A stretch of DNA of 62,645 bases, filler included, from Anaerolineae bacterium (GCA_029262755.1; 7 parts of 7 records of this genome joined end to end with filler, not necessarily neighbours in it); one strand, 5' to 3'. Shown: positions 19,968 through 29,846, numbered from the whole stretch's first letter. Numbers and translations are program-made. Notes: a model not told the origin generated them from the letters alone.

Positions 19968-21434
19968 ATGCCCACGACGACCGTCCCGCGACGCACCATG
20001 CGTTTCGCGGCCCTTCTGACGCTCGCATGCCTCGTCTACGGCGCCGCCCAGTTCGCCCCCGCCCCCGCCCCCGCCCTCGCCCAACGCCGCGTCGACGTCG
20101 CCACCGTCGCCGAGCTCCGCGCCGCCGTCGATGCCGCACAGCCGGGCGACGACATCGTGCTTGCGGCCGGGACCTACGACATCCAGGGCAAGATCGCCGT
20201 GCGGCGCGCCGGCCGTCCGGGCGCCTCAATCACGGTGCGCGCCTTGGGGCTGGGCGAGGCGATCCTGCGCTTCGATGACCCCGAGGGCTTCCACGTGCTC
20301 GCGCCGCATTGGACCTTTGAGCGCCTGCAGATCGAGGGCGCCTGCAGTTCGCACAACCGCTGCGAGCATGCCTACCACATCGTGGGCGAAGCGGACTTCA
20401 CCACCATTCGCGAGAACCGGTTGATCGACTACAACGCGCAGATCAAGGCCAACGGCGACGAGGTGGGCGGCACGCGCGTCTTCCCGGACGACGTGCTGAT
20501 CGAGCGTACGGAGTTTTTCAACCGGACGGCGCGCAACACCGGCAATCCCGTGACCCCGATCGACGTCGTCGGGGGGCGGCGCTGGATCGTGCGCGGCAAC
20601 TACATTCACGACTTTCAGAAGGGCGGCGGCAATGGCATCAGCTACGCCGCCTTCCTCAAAGGCAATTCCCGCGACGGCCTCTTCGAGCGCAACCTGATCG
20701 TCTGCGAGCAGCTGCACACCGGCGGTGTCCGCCTCGGTCTGAGCTTCGGCGGCGGCGGCTCGCAGCCGGCCCGCATCTGCGAAGACGGTACGTGCACCCC
20801 GGAGCACCAAGGGGGCGTGATGCGCAACATCATCATCGCGCGTTGTCCCGCGGATGTCGGCATCTATCTCAACAAGGCGGCGGATGCGCGTATCGTGCAC
20901 AACACGCTCGTGCGTACCGGCGGCATCGACGTCCGCTTCGCATCGTCCACCGTGGAGCTGGAAGGCAACGTGCTGGACGGCCGCATCCGCGAGCGCGACG
21001 GCGGCAAGGCCACCCAACGCGGCAACGCGATCGCGGCCACCGCCGAGCTCCTGCGCTGGTTCCGTGCGCCCGACCGTTTGGACTTCGGGCTGAGCGCGAC
21101 GGGCATCGCGAACGTGGTCGACCAAGGCGCACCGCGCCAGGACGTACCGGACGATTGGTGCGGCCGCGCGCGCGAAGGATCGCCTGACCTTGGCGCGCTG
21201 GAGTACATCGACGGCGAGCCCGGTTGCGCCGCGGACGGTGTGGCGCCGGGCCCGCCCACGGCGCCCAGCGCGACGGCGACGTCCGCGGCAACGGCCACGG
21301 CGATCGCAACGGCGACGCCCGGCGCGTCGGCCACGGCGACCGCGACCGCCGCGTCGACGGTGGTCGCGACCGGCACCGCGATGCCGACTCCCGGCCCGCA
21401 TCCCATCTACGCCCCGTTCGCGTCCCGACCGTAG
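19968..21434 (+). CDS. Secreted right-handed parallel beta-helix protein (chondroitinase-B-like N-terminus) with Thr/Ala linker
   Basis: Signal peptide; AQPGDDIVLAAGTY; beta-helix pattern; PDLGALEY; GGAGGA RBS; C-terminus PIYAPFASRP. Confidence 0.85.
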   Translation: MPTTTVPRRTMRFAALLTLACLVYGAAQFAPAPAPALAQRRVDVATVAELRAAVDAAQPGDDIVLAAGTYDIQGKIAVRRAGRPGASITVRALGLGEAILRFDDPEGFHVLAPHWTFERLQIEGACSSHNRCEHAYHIVGEADFTTIRENRLIDYNAQIKANGDEVGGTRVFPDDVLIERTEFFNRTARNTGNPVTPIDVVGGRRWIVRGNYIHDFQKGGGNGISYAAFLKGNSRDGLFERNLIVCEQLHTGGVRLGLSFGGGGSQPARICEDGTCTPEHQGGVMRNIIIARCPADVGIYLNKAADARIVHNTLVRTGGIDVRFASSTVELEGNVLDGRIRERDGGKATQRGNAIAATAELLRWFRAPDRLDFGLSATGIANVVDQGAPRQDVPDDWCGRAREGSPDLGALEYIDGEPGCAADGVAPGPPTAPSATATSAATATAIATATPGASATATATAASTVVATGTAMPTPGPHPIYAPFASRP

Positions 21435-21599
21435 CCGTATCCAGACCGACGGTCGCTCGATCGACGTTGGTCGCTGCAGCCGCACGGTTGCAACCCCACG
21501 ACCGCCGGCCCCGTCGCGCGCGCGACGGGGCCGGCCAAATCGTCAAGCTTCAATGCGGGCACGGCGACCATGGGCCGGCCACGCGGATCGAGTGTAGTG

Positions 21600-21815
21600 C
21601 TAGCAGCAGCCCTCGCCGCAGCAGCAACAGCCTTCGCTGCAGCAGTCGTCGCCGCAACCTTCGGCGCAGCAAGCGGCATCCGCGCTCTTCTCGGTCTTGC
21701 CGCCTACGGTGCAACATGCACCTTCGCCGGACGAGCCGGCTTGGCCGCGGACCACGACAACCACCGTGGCATTTCCGGGCGTGCAACAACCGGTTGCGTG
21801 CTTGTTCGTTGACAT
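21600..21815 (-). CDS. Small Cys-rich, metallothionein-like protein (71 aa, 15 Cys)
   Basis: GAGGAG RBS 6 nt before ATG 21815; MSTNKHATGCC...AACCAEGCGDDCCSEGCCCCGEGCC; directly downstream of ArsR. Confidence 0.75.
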   Translation of the reverse strand: MSTNKHATGCCTPGNATVVVVVRGQAGSSGEGACCTVGGKTEKSADAACCAEGCGDDCCSEGCCCCGEGCC

Positions 21816-21915
21816 CGTGCGCTCCTCTCGCGGGTCGCTTGAGGCAATCCCGCGGGTCATGCGGTGCACCGGGACCGACGCCCCGATGTGCATGGCAGGA
21901 ATGACGACGACATTC

Positions 21916-22254
21916 CTAGGCCCGACCATTGGTCGCCCCGATCTTCTGCATGGCCTCGGCCGCGGCGGTCTCCGGCGCCAGAGAGACCAACAACTCCCCG
22001 CAACACGTGGCGATACGGGACTGATCGAGGGTGTAGAAGACCTGGCGGCCCTCCTTGCGGGTTTCCACCAGGCCCGCCTGGCGCAGCACACCCAGGTGAT
22101 GCGACACCGTGGGCTGGCTGACCTCGCCTTCCATCGCGGCGACGATCTCGCTCACGCTACACCAACAACAGCAGCACGTCTGCATGATGCGTTGGCGCGT
22201 GCCATCCGAGAGGACGCGGGCGAAAGAAAGCATCGGGCTGTCGGCTTGTGTCAT
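21916..22254 (-). CDS. ArsR/SmtB family metalloregulator
   Basis: LSDGTRQRI, SQPTVSHHLGVLRQAGLV, GRQVFY; CCCCWC and C-terminal CC. Confidence 0.93.
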   Translation of the reverse strand: MTQADSPMLSFARVLSDGTRQRIMQTCCCCWCSVSEIVAAMEGEVSQPTVSHHLGVLRQAGLVETRKEGRQVFYTLDQSRIATCCGELLVSLAPETAAAEAMQKIGATNGRA

Positions 22255-22279
22255 ATCGATCCCTACCTATGCATGGCTC

Positions 22280-22307
22280 ATTGTATCGACCGTGGTCGAT
22301 TCGTCAA
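22280..22307 (-). promoter_or_regulatory. Promoter with overlapping ArsR-type operator
   Basis: TTGACG-16-TACAAT on minus strand; palindrome ATCGACC-GT-GGTCGAT (22285-22300) fills the spacer. Confidence 0.75.
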
Positions 22308-22532
22308 GGGGCAATTCGTTCTCGAGCTTCGTACGATGTCGGCCTCCGGCGAATGCAGCGCTGCTCGAGCCCGTCCGGTTCAGGGTGCCACTGTACTTGA
22401 CTCCTCTGTCCCGAGTATAACCCCGCACGCGGGCAGGCGGGGCGCACGTTTCGGGATGGGCCGGATCGGACAATGGATCTCGCCGATAAGCGCGCGCTGC
22501 ACCGATCCGGTCGCGCCCATCCAATGCATGCC

Positions 22533-23140
22533 CTAGTCCTGCACTGCCTCGAAACTCCAAACATGTGACTCGCCGTCGACGACCAGGGTCACCGAATACA
22601 CGCTGCCGTCGATCAACGGATCACGCGGCATGAGGATGACGGCGTCTCGCGAGTCGAGGATCTGCGAGCCAAGCGACTCCGCGGCGGCATCGATGTTCGT
22701 ATAGTCGCTCGGATCGTAGGCGCAGTGCGGGACCGGCAGTCCGTCCCGCAGCAACAGCGAAAACGAAAGCTGCGGGCTGCCGCCGCCGGATCCCACCTGG
22801 AGCGCGATGGGCGCACCGGTCGGTGCCTCGTAGCCGAGGCAGGGCGTCAACGGGTCGGGGTACTCGTCGCCGCGGTACTCCAACAAGAAGGCCTTGCCAC
22901 CCGGCCGCGGATACTCAACGGGGTAGGTGCCGGCCGGAATCGAAGCCGTACGGCCGCGCAGGATGTCGAGCACTGCGCCGTAGCGCCAAATGCCGATCGA
23001 CTCGCTGTACTCCCCGTAGCCGGTGGAGGCCAGTTGCGGATCCACGATGCCAAGCATATGGAAGGGCCCGCCCATCCAGCGGTCGATCGGAACCGTCGCA
23101 TCCAGGCCTGGGACGGATGCGATAAACAGGTTGCCATTCC
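22533..23140 (-). CDS. CAP/SCP-domain protein, 5'-truncated
   Basis: GNL...IDRWMGGPFHMLGIVDPQLASTGYG; Ig-like tail. Confidence 0.7.
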
Positions 23141-23240
23141 NNNNNNNNNNNNNNNNNNNNNNNNNNNNNNNNNNNNNNNNNNNNTTAATTAATTAANNNN
23201 NNNNNNNNNNNNNNNNNNNNNNNNNNNNNNNNNNNNNNNN
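23141..23240. other. Artificial contig spacer
   Basis: N/TTAATTAATTAA/N linker. Confidence 0.99.
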
Positions 23241-23597
23241 AACCCGAGGCATGGTGACCAAGAGCAGGGATGAGCCGGCGCGTAGACGATCGCCCACGCC
23301 GAGGGACTCAACGTTCTGACCGCGCAGCGTGAGGTTCTCGCCGAAGGCGCCCCAGGGCAGGTCAACGCCCGGCAACTCGGCCCGCCAGGCAAGGTAGTGC
23401 TCGGCCGCGTAGGCGTAGACGGCCTTGTCTTGCCCGCCGTGATGGACGCGGTCCGATTGACCATCGCCGGCGAGGTTCTCTGCGCCGACGCGCACCGCGC
23501 CTGCCTGCGGCTCCTTCCAGATCGAGGTCGTCACGAAGCCCGCACCGGAGGGCACTCGGCGCGGCTGCCCCACGTTTACCGAGACGATCGTCGCCAT
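23241..23597 (-). CDS. MOSC domain protein (YiiM-like), 3'-truncated
   Basis: IVSVNVG, TSIWK, GDGQSDRVHHGGQDKAVYAY, FGENL. Confidence 0.9.
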
Positions 23598-23605
23598 GTC
23601 TCCCC

Positions 23606-25657
23606 CTAATCCCCCGTCACCGCCGGCAGCACGTAGTCCGCCAGCAGCGCGAAGACCGGTCCGTTCGTCGTTGCGCCGGCGCCGCGGAACCAGCTCGATG
23701 TGGTCACCACGACCAGGTCCAGGTCTTCCACGACGAAGATGAACTGGCCGCCGTAGCCCCAGGCGAAGTAGGTCGGGTGGCCGGCGAAGTCGCGGCGCCA
23801 CCACCAGTAGCCGTAGGTGTGGCCGCCGCTGGCCGTCTCTTGCTCGCGGGTGGAGGCGGCCACCCAGCGCTCGTCGAGGATGCGGGTGCCGTCGATGCTG
23901 CCGCCGCGCAGGTAGAGTTCGCCGAAGCGGGCCATGTCGCGTGGGCGCATCCACACTTCCGCGCCGCCGAAGTCGCGGCCGTCCGTGTCCTGGTCCCAGC
24001 GGGTGACCGAGATGCCGAGCGGGTCGAAGAGGCGGCGCGCGGCGTATTCGTGGGTCGCCTCACCGGTCGCTTCGGTTAGCAGCGCGGAGGCAACGTGGGT
24101 CAGGCCGGTGTTGTAGTTCCAACGCTCACCGGGGTTGCTCGTGAAGGGCAAGTCCGCAACGTGTTGGATCCAGTCCTCGCTGCCGATCATCGGTCCCAGA
24201 TGGGTCGGGTCGGTCCACGGCTGGCCGCCGGTCATCGTGAGGAGGTTGTAGATGGAGGTGCGGCCGAGGCGCGGTTCGGCGGGGTTCGCATAGTACGCGG
24301 GCAAGAAGGCCGACACCGGCTGTTCGAGGCCGCGCACGTGGCCGTCCTCGATCGCCAGTCCGTAGAGCGCCGAGAGGACGCTCTTCGAGACGGATTTGAG
24401 GCAGTTGGCCATCGTGGCGTCGTAGCCATCAAAGTAGGCTTCGCCTGCCAGCTTTCCGTGGCGCACGACGAGCAGGCTGTGCAGGTTCTCGATGGCCGCG
24501 GCGCGCTCGTAGGCGGTGGCCAGCATCGTGGGGTCGATGCCGACGTCATCGGGGTCGGCCGCGGGCCACGCGAAGCCGGCGTGCTCGCCGGTCGGGCCGG
24601 CGACGTCCCAACGGCCGGCGACCGGCCACCAGATCGAGGCCCGAGAGGCCATCGGGATCACGAGCTCGCCGGCATCGGGTCCATGACCGTCACGCAGGTG
24701 CACCACCACCGTTTCCGGGTCGACCATGCCCAACGTGTCCACGCCGTCGCCGTCCCAGTCGCCCGCGACGGGGAAGAAGCCGGGATGCCCCGTTTCGACG
24801 ACGATCTCCTCGGGGCCGGTATCGTTCGTGTTGCGCAGGTACGCGACACCCGTCGCACGCACGACGACACCCACCGTGTCCACACCGTCGCCGTCCCAGT
24901 CGCCGGTGATCGGGTGCACGGGGCCGATGCCATAGGCGAACGTCTGGTCGGGCGGGCCGGCGGCGTTTGCCTCGCGCAGGGTCCAGACGTTGGTCTGTGC
25001 GTCGAAGCGCCCGATCGTGTCCGAGCCGTCGCCGTTCCAATCGCCGGCGACGGCGAAGGAGTAGCCGCCGTCGTCCGTGGCAGCCACCGGCACGCCGAAG
25101 GTGAAGCGCGTGGCCGGCGCGTCTGCGGCGTTTTCCGCATACACCGTAAAGGCGGCGATGCGAGGATCGAACACACCGAGGGTGTCCAACCCGTCGCCGT
25201 CCCAGTCGCCGACGACGGGCTGCGCGCCGTGGAAGGCCGTCCGCGCGAAGCCAACGTGGAAGCTGCGCTCGGGCGCGTCGGACGATGCCCCCAACAGCAA
25301 GCGCGCGTAGCCGCTGGAGAGCCCGTACATCCCAATCGTATCTCCCTCGGTGGCCGTGGCCGTGGCCGTGGTCGGGCTCGGGCTCGGGCTCGGGACCGAT
25401 GTGTGCGTCGCGGTGGGCGGCGGGACGGAAGTCTGCGTCGCCGCGGGCTGGGCTGTCGGCGCGGGAGCGGGGCCGGCGTTGTCGAGCGCGAGCGGCAGGT
25501 GGATCGTTGGCCGGCGGTCTTGCGCCTGGGCGCGCACCGCGGCCGCATCCTCGCGCGTCGGCATGGTGGGGACGGGGAGGGCGGCTGCGAGCAGGAGCGC
25601 AGAGGTCCCGACGGCCGCGGCAAGCGCTGCGCGTCGTCTGTAGCGGAGGAAATTCAT
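23606..25657 (-). CDS. Secreted serine hydrolase fused to GDWDGDG (VCBS/FG-GAP-like) repeats
   Basis: Four GDW[DN]GDG repeats; SVSK, WNYN, AWGYGGQ; start 25657 or 25684. Confidence 0.9.
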   Translation of the reverse strand: MNFLRYRRRAALAAAVGTSALLLAAALPVPTMPTREDAAAVRAQAQDRRPTIHLPLALDNAGPAPAPTAQPAATQTSVPPPTATHTSVPSPSPSPTTATATATEGDTIGMYGLSSGYARLLLGASSDAPERSFHVGFARTAFHGAQPVVGDWDGDGLDTLGVFDPRIAAFTVYAENAADAPATRFTFGVPVAATDDGGYSFAVAGDWNGDGSDTIGRFDAQTNVWTLREANAAGPPDQTFAYGIGPVHPITGDWDGDGVDTVGVVVRATGVAYLRNTNDTGPEEIVVETGHPGFFPVAGDWDGDGVDTLGMVDPETVVVHLRDGHGPDAGELVIPMASRASIWWPVAGRWDVAGPTGEHAGFAWPAADPDDVGIDPTMLATAYERAAAIENLHSLLVVRHGKLAGEAYFDGYDATMANCLKSVSKSVLSALYGLAIEDGHVRGLEQPVSAFLPAYYANPAEPRLGRTSIYNLLTMTGGQPWTDPTHLGPMIGSEDWIQHVADLPFTSNPGERWNYNTGLTHVASALLTEATGEATHEYAARRLFDPLGISVTRWDQDTDGRDFGGAEVWMRPRDMARFGELYLRGGSIDGTRILDERWVAASTREQETASGGHTYGYWWWRRDFAGHPTYFAWGYGGQFIFVVEDLDLVVVTTSSWFRGAGATTNGPVFALLADYVLPAVTGD

Positions 25658-25852
25658 GACGGCTCCGGCGGGGGTTGGGATCATGCCTGTCGCGGGCAGG
25701 GGATCGTTGGTGTCTACGTCGAATCAGGTGGTACGAGGTACGCAGCCTAGCGCCCGGGCGCCGGGAGGGATAGGAGGGATAGAACGACAACGCTTCCCGC
25801 AGCCTGGAATCGCGGTCGACGGAAGGCGCACTGCCGGCTCACGCCGGTGGGC

Positions 25853-27202
25853 TCACTCCGGGGCTACGGCCGAGGCCAGCACACCTTGTGCCTCGTCCCC
25901 CTCGACCAGCCGCGCCTCGCACCCGGCGGCGCCGTAGACCGCGACCGCGTCCCATGGCGCCTCCTGCGTCGCCAGCGCGACGAGGTCGTCCGCGGAGAGG
26001 GTCGGCCGGCCGGAGCGCTCCGTCAACGGGATCGCAAGCACGTCGTCGTAGGCACGGTAGACCACCTCCGTGCAGACCAGCCGGTCGCTGCGAAAGAAGT
26101 CGAAGTCGAAGTTGTAGAGCTTGCCCTCGTGCGGCGCGACCCGCTCGATGGCGCGTGCGATGGTCCGGGTATCGAGCCGGGGGCGCAGTACGGCGAACGC
26201 ATCCACGGCGAGGGTTTCCTCAAGCGGGCGGAAGCGCACGCCGTCCTTGAGCGCCTCGAGGACGCAGCGATCCTTGCACCACGGCGCGGCGTGCTCGGCG
26301 TCGAGCGTGATGCCCATCCGCTCGCGGTCCGCGACGCTGCCGACATAGAGGGCAGCGTGGGGCCAAACGCCGGGGAAGAAGAGGTTGCTGAGCGCAATGT
26401 CGTGACGCGTGACCAGCACGTCGCCGGGTGCGAGCAGTGCACGGATTCGCTCGCGGACGTCCGCGCTCACGCGCTTGTCGCTCCAGCGGTCGCGCAGCTC
26501 GGCCACCAGCCGGCCCGACGATTCGAGGACGCCGAAGGTGGTCGCCTGACCGGCCGATGCGCCGCGCCGTCGCCACGCGTGGTCGCGGTAGCCCAGCAGC
26601 AGCGCGACATAGCGCGACTTGCTCGGGTCCAGCGCCTCCTCGAGCCAAGGCAGGCGCTCACGCAGCGCCGCGAGATCCGGTCCCTCCGCCGCGGCGAGCA
26701 CGGCGGAGCGCTGGTGCTTCGCGACGGACATCGCGCGGCGCATGAACAGCGCGTTGCGCGGGTGGGAGAGCGCCTCGAAGATCGCCGTGTACTGCTTGCG
26801 CGGGATGCGTCGCTCGCGGGATCCCTCGTTGAGTTTGCGCTGTGTGAGCGCGTGCGTGGCAACGTCCTCGATCAGCAAACGGTCCAGGCGCACGAGCAGG
26901 CAAGCAGCTGCGTAGCCGACGAGGAAAAGCCGGCGCTCTTCGGCGTCGCGCGGCCTTCGCGTGAGCAGCGCGCGTCGCCCACCGCCCGCTTTGACGACAT
27001 CGGCGATGACCTCCCACAGCGCATCGCGCAGCGAAAGGAGGCGACCGAACCAGTGCACAAGCGCATCTTCCTCGATCGGCCGGAAGTAGCCCCGCGCGCA
27101 GCCGGCGTTGACCGCCGCGCGCGGCGCATCCGTGGCGAGGCGCACCGTACTCTCGGCGAGGCTGCGCACCGCGCGCGCCGATGGGCGGATGACGGATTCC
27201 AT
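25853..27202 (-). CDS. YiiX/YebB-like permuted NlpC/P60 cysteine hydrolase with N-terminal helical domain
   Basis: PGDVLV, GVWPHAALY, YNFDFDF, LVCTEVVY; GAGGAG RBS. Confidence 0.85.
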   Translation of the reverse strand: MESVIRPSARAVRSLAESTVRLATDAPRAAVNAGCARGYFRPIEEDALVHWFGRLLSLRDALWEVIADVVKAGGGRRALLTRRPRDAEERRLFLVGYAAACLLVRLDRLLIEDVATHALTQRKLNEGSRERRIPRKQYTAIFEALSHPRNALFMRRAMSVAKHQRSAVLAAAEGPDLAALRERLPWLEEALDPSKSRYVALLLGYRDHAWRRRGASAGQATTFGVLESSGRLVAELRDRWSDKRVSADVRERIRALLAPGDVLVTRHDIALSNLFFPGVWPHAALYVGSVADRERMGITLDAEHAAPWCKDRCVLEALKDGVRFRPLEETLAVDAFAVLRPRLDTRTIARAIERVAPHEGKLYNFDFDFFRSDRLVCTEVVYRAYDDVLAIPLTERSGRPTLSADDLVALATQEAPWDAVAVYGAAGCEARLVEGDEAQGVLASAVAPE

Positions 27203-27417
27203 CGCGGGCGGATCTCCTCGGCGTGGGGGGGGCACGGGCAGGTGTGGCGGGCGATTGGGTGTGGCGGGTGTTTCGGGGTGATACAAGGCTTGTCGTTCGT
27301 GGAACGTACTACGGGGCACGAGCTATCAGCGACGTTCGTGTCGGCGATCACCGGTGTCGACTCGGCGACCGCGACGTCCGGATCGCCCGGGACGACCGTC
27401 ACACCCGTCGCCCCCAA

Positions 27418-27454
27418 GCACCGCGCACCGCGCATCGCGCATCGCGCATCGCGC
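27418..27454. repeat. Heptamer tandem repeat GCA(C/T)CGC x5
   Basis: gcaccgc gcaccgc gcatcgc gcatcgc gcatcgc, intergenic. Confidence 0.8.
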
Positions 27455-27565
27455 TGCGAGAGTGCCACCGGCTGGGCTGCGAATCAACGCCGGCCGCGGT
27501 TGCGCAATCGGGGTTGCGCGCCGGCCAAGCTTTGCGTAGCCTCGGGCCATGGACTCAGAAACGTA

Positions 27566-28246
27566 GTGTTCGGGCTTTTCTGCGGCGGCATGGTTGTGCT
27601 GCTCGTCGTGACCTTCGGCTCACTTGGACTACTGCTCGTCGAGACGTTCAGGGCGCGGAGCGCGGCCCGAACCTTGGCGGCGGATCCGGCGGCCGGCGTG
27701 CGCTCGCTTGCCGCGCAGAGCAGCGGATCGCGCATATGGTACGGCGGGGAACACAACGGTCGCGCCTTCGCGCTGCGCGTCGCGGGTCTGCCAACCGGCA
27801 ACACCGGCGAAGGGCAGCGATGGCAGATTGTCCTAGCGGTCGTCATGGAAGTGCGCGTAGGCGCGCCCCTGGGGATCAAGGTGATTCGCTTGACGAACCA
27901 GAAGAAGCAGCCCAGCGACTTCGACGACGCCTTTCAGCACGATGGAGCGGACGCGCTCTCGCCGGCTGCCCGCGACGCAATGCTCTCGTTCGTGCAAGAG
28001 GGCTATCGCCATCGCAGACGTCGGGATTTCGTGCTCAGCTGGGGCACGGGCTCGCGCGATCTGCGATTGATCGATCGATCCGTGATGTCTTCCGGGATGA
28101 TGGCGGACGACGTGCTGGCGGACACGCATACGATCCTGGTGCACCATCATCGGATTCCCAACCTGACGGCGGACACCCTGCGTCCACTGCTCAACGACAT
28201 GGCCGTCGTGGCCGATGCCGTGGAACGCGGGATCGGCGAGGAGTAG
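27566..28246 (+). CDS. Hypothetical protein with N-terminal TM helix
   Basis: Hydrophobic N-terminus then a globular region; the long upstream part of the listed 799-aa ORF is antisense shadow; start uncertain. Confidence 0.65.
   Translation: MFGLFCGGMVVLLVVTFGSLGLLLVETFRARSAARTLAADPAAGVRSLAAQSSGSRIWYGGEHNGRAFALRVAGLPTGNTGEGQRWQIVLAVVMEVRVGAPLGIKVIRLTNQKKQPSDFDDAFQHDGADALSPAARDAMLSFVQEGYRHRRRRDFVLSWGTGSRDLRLIDRSVMSSGMMADDVLADTHTILVHHHRIPNLTADTLRPLLNDMAVVADAVERGIGEE
27626..27718 (+). repeat. 93-bp degenerate direct repeat, copy 1
   Basis: 80/93 identical to 30882-30974 by manual alignment. Confidence 0.85.
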
Positions 28247-28432
28247 CGCGGGCCGGGTGACCCTCACGAGCGCCGCGCGATCCGGCGCGGCTCGACTACG
28301 CAGCTCTTTTCGGGGCCCCGACAGGTCGGCAAGACTGCAATGTTGCTCGCGTTGGAGCAGGCGTGACCGACCGCAACGATCTCCGCCGCAGCCGACTTCG
28401 CAGGCCGACCCGAAGCGTCCGGTTCCGTTCGG

Positions 28433-29830
28433 TCAGAGATTCGCGGCCGTCTCATCCTCGAGCGGCTTGAGGTCGTCCAGGATCCATGGCATCAGCTCGG
28501 CGACCGTCGGGTGCGTCAGCACGACCCTGCGGAAGAGCTTGTAGGACTGCTGGGTGTACATGAAGGGCGTGAACATGTTGATGATTTCATCGCCGCCGAT
28601 GCCGAGGATCGCTACGCCCAGGAACTGCTCGGACTCCGCATCAACCAGGATCTTGACCATGCCGGCGGTCTCGTCCTTTTCCTTGGCACGGGAGATGTTC
28701 GCCATCAAGCGGGTAGCCACCAATACTTTGCGCCCGCTGGCCCGCGCCTCCTTCTCGGACATGCCGACCCGGCCCAACGGAGGGTCGGTGAAGAGGGCGT
28801 AGGTGGTGATCCGTTGCGAGAGCGTGCGATCGTCATCGCCGCTGTAGTGGTCCCAGAAGATCTCGCCATCGTTGACCGCCGTGTGCGTAAACGCACCCTG
28901 GCCATTGATGTCCCCGACCGCGAACACATTCGGCGAGCTCGTGCGCATCGTCTCATCGACCTGGATGTACCCGCGTTCATTGACCGCAACGCCGGCTGCT
29001 TCCAGGTTGAGCCGGTCGCTGTTTGGAACGCGGCCGACCGCCAAAAGCAGGTGCGTGCCCTGAACGCGCCTCGCTTTGCCGGCCTGCTCGAAGAAGACAT
29101 CGACCTGCAGCTTCTCCGGCTGCGCGAGCCGCTGGACGCTGGCACCGAGGTGAACCGCAATGCCTTCGCCCTCGAGGATCTCCTTGAGATGGGCGGCGAT
29201 GTCCGGGTCTTCGCGCGGCACCAACTGCGGCCCGTATTCGAGCACCGTGACCTCGCTGCCCATGCGCCGGTAGGCTTGAGCGAATTCCAGGCCGATGTAA
29301 CTGCCGCCCACCACGACCAAGTGTTCGGGTAGGGCTGTGAGGTCGAGTAACCGGGCGTTGTCCAGCCATTCGACCGTCTCGATACCATCGATCTGCGGGT
29401 TGCGGGCACGTGTGCCTGCGTTGATAACGATCGTCTCACCGGTCAGGCGCGTCTCGCCAACCGATACGGTGTTCGCGTCCTCCAAACTACCGTAGCCAAA
29501 GTGGATGTCCACGCCCTCCATACCGCTCAGCCAGTTCTCCATGCCATGGCTCGCGCCGTGACGCATCGTGTTCTGGCGTTCCATCACCCGCGCGAAATCG
29601 ACGCTGACCTCGCCGGTTCGTACACCGAAGTCTGGTCCACGTCGCGCCATATGCGCGGCCCGCGCGCTGGCGACGATCGTCTTGGTGGGCGTGCAGCCGT
29701 AATTTACACAGCTGCCGCCAATTCGGTCACCCTCCACGATCGCAACCGTCTTGCCCGCTTGAACTAGGCGCGGCACGACCGTGCCGGTTGCCTGTCCGGT
29801 ACCAATCCAAATGACGTCATAGTCGTACAC
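28433..29830 (-). CDS. Class-I flavoprotein disulfide reductase (MerA/LpdA/RclA-like)
   Basis: IGTGQA, GGSCVNYGCTPTK, GGSYIGLE, GDING, HPTVAE; GGAG RBS + GTG; lacks the C-terminal Cys-Cys of true MerA. Confidence 0.92.
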   Translation of the reverse strand: MYDYDVIWIGTGQATGTVVPRLVQAGKTVAIVEGDRIGGSCVNYGCTPTKTIVASARAAHMARRGPDFGVRTGEVSVDFARVMERQNTMRHGASHGMENWLSGMEGVDIHFGYGSLEDANTVSVGETRLTGETIVINAGTRARNPQIDGIETVEWLDNARLLDLTALPEHLVVVGGSYIGLEFAQAYRRMGSEVTVLEYGPQLVPREDPDIAAHLKEILEGEGIAVHLGASVQRLAQPEKLQVDVFFEQAGKARRVQGTHLLLAVGRVPNSDRLNLEAAGVAVNERGYIQVDETMRTSSPNVFAVGDINGQGAFTHTAVNDGEIFWDHYSGDDDRTLSQRITTYALFTDPPLGRVGMSEKEARASGRKVLVATRLMANISRAKEKDETAGMVKILVDAESEQFLGVAILGIGGDEIINMFTPFMYTQQSYKLFRRVVLTHPTVAELMPWILDDLKPLEDETAANL

Positions 29831-29846
29831 GGTCTCGCTCCAATGG

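Noticed and set aside
21600..22091. 163-aa ORF starting MCCARR
   Set aside because: Its 5' part overlaps ArsR in another frame; only the last 71 codons have an RBS.
25847..28246. 799-aa plus-strand ORF
   Set aside because: First ~570 codons are antisense to the YiiX-like gene or intergenic; only the 3' part looks real.
28433..29830. merA call
   Set aside because: No C-terminal Cys pair, no NmerA domain, no merR/T/P nearby.
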